IMG/VR virus record: IMGVR_UViG_2671180456_000007
Location: 1 to 33,775 of that record
Reading direction: 5' to 3' (one strand)
Source: a virus
Taxonomy: Duplodnaviria > Heunggongvirae > Uroviricota > Caudoviricetes
Length of the DNA: 33,775 nt
Shown here piece by piece: positions 33,406 through 33,775 of this stretch. Below the pieces are notes generated by a model, which was given only the letters and a program-made list of their open reading frames with translations, was not told where the DNA came from and did not search any database. Position numbers and translations under genes: made by a program. Numbering within the stretch: the stretch's first letter is position 1; each line of letters starts with the position of its first letter.

Positions 33406-33729
33406 AGACTTTATGGCCTCAACAACCTTTTGTGATGCGCCTTTCTCTTTACCGAATCGCTCGTTATATGCAGCAAGAACCTGTTTTTCGTCCTCGTTAA
33501 GAGGAGCAGTGCCTTCTTTGTATAAAAATGCTGCGAGTTCGGGTTGGCGTTCTTCCAGCACCATCATCATAAGACGACTTGGCTCAATACCCAGTGCCAG
33601 CGCCAGCGGACGAACCTTATCGATAGGCAAAGGAATTTTGCCGCTTTTAATTAAAGAAAGGTTGTTGGCGTTTTTATACCCAATTGTTTTGGCTATCTGG
33701 GCCTGGCTCATAGGTGAGGATTCAATCAA
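33400..33729 (-). CDS. XRE-family helix-turn-helix transcriptional regulator (Cro/CI-like DNA-binding domain only)
   Basis: 109 aa; HTH segment SQAQIAKTIGYKNANNLSLIKSGK; convergent with the integrase gene and overlapping it by 6 nt. Confidence 0.7.
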   Translation of the reverse strand: MIESSPMSQAQIAKTIGYKNANNLSLIKSGKIPLPIDKVRPLALALGIEPSRLMMMVLEERQPELAAFLYKEGTAPLNEDEKQVLAAYNERFGKEKGASQKVVEAIKSL

Positions 33730-33775
33730 CCCTGCGATAAAAGCAGCGTAGCGACTTTCTATAAATTCAATCTTG

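Larger units (their letters stand above)
1..33775. mobile_element. Segment of a lambda-like siphovirus genome (prophage or phage-plasmid): tail module, accessory/partition block, replication module, tRNA cluster, integrase
   Basis: Gene order FII-Z-U-V-G-T-H-M-L-K-I-J-lom-stf with lambda-like protein sequences; ParA/RHH partition genes; helicase, primase, ligase; phage-type tRNA cluster; tyrosine integrase. Confidence 0.8.

Noticed and set aside
1-33775. CRISPR arrays, rRNA genes, IS elements or transposases
   Set aside because: No direct-repeat/spacer arrays, no rRNA-like segments and no transposase-like ORFs or terminal inverted repeats were seen anywhere in the window.

Overview
This 33.8 kb window is a continuous stretch of a lambda-like siphovirus genome, either a prophage or, more likely given the partition locus, a phage-plasmid. 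All calls rest on reading the ORF translations and the DNA by eye; no database search or RNA folding was run. From left to right: (1) a lambda-type tail module on the + strand, from the FII C-terminus through Z, U, V, G/G-T (canonical GGGAAAG -1 frameshift site), tape measure H, M, L, K and I, then host-specificity gene J, which is interrupted by an in-frame TGA and a frameshift, then lom and a 1680-aa chimeric side tail fiber followed by a glycine-rich gp38-like adhesin; (2) an accessory block with two membrane-anchored proteins, an overlapping spanin-like pair, a convergent GNAT/DUF1778-type toxin-antitoxin pair, a ParA/small-RHH partition locus, and a stand-alone GIY-YIG nuclease gene on the opposite strand; (3) a replication module with a DnaB-like helicase, a zinc-ribbon/TOPRIM primase, an ATP-dependent DNA ligase and several unknown and small membrane proteins; (4) a phage tRNA cluster (Asn, Tyr, Thr, Ser) interleaved with four long hairpin elements that share covarying stems; (5) a Gp49-like protein, a glutaredoxin, a tyrosine integrase and a convergent HTH regulator. 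The most interesting candidates for something undescribed are the tRNA-associated hairpin family, a promoter-plus-terminator unit between I and J predicting a ~95-nt antisense RNA, and the GIY-YIG nuclease. No CRISPR array, rRNA or IS element was seen.
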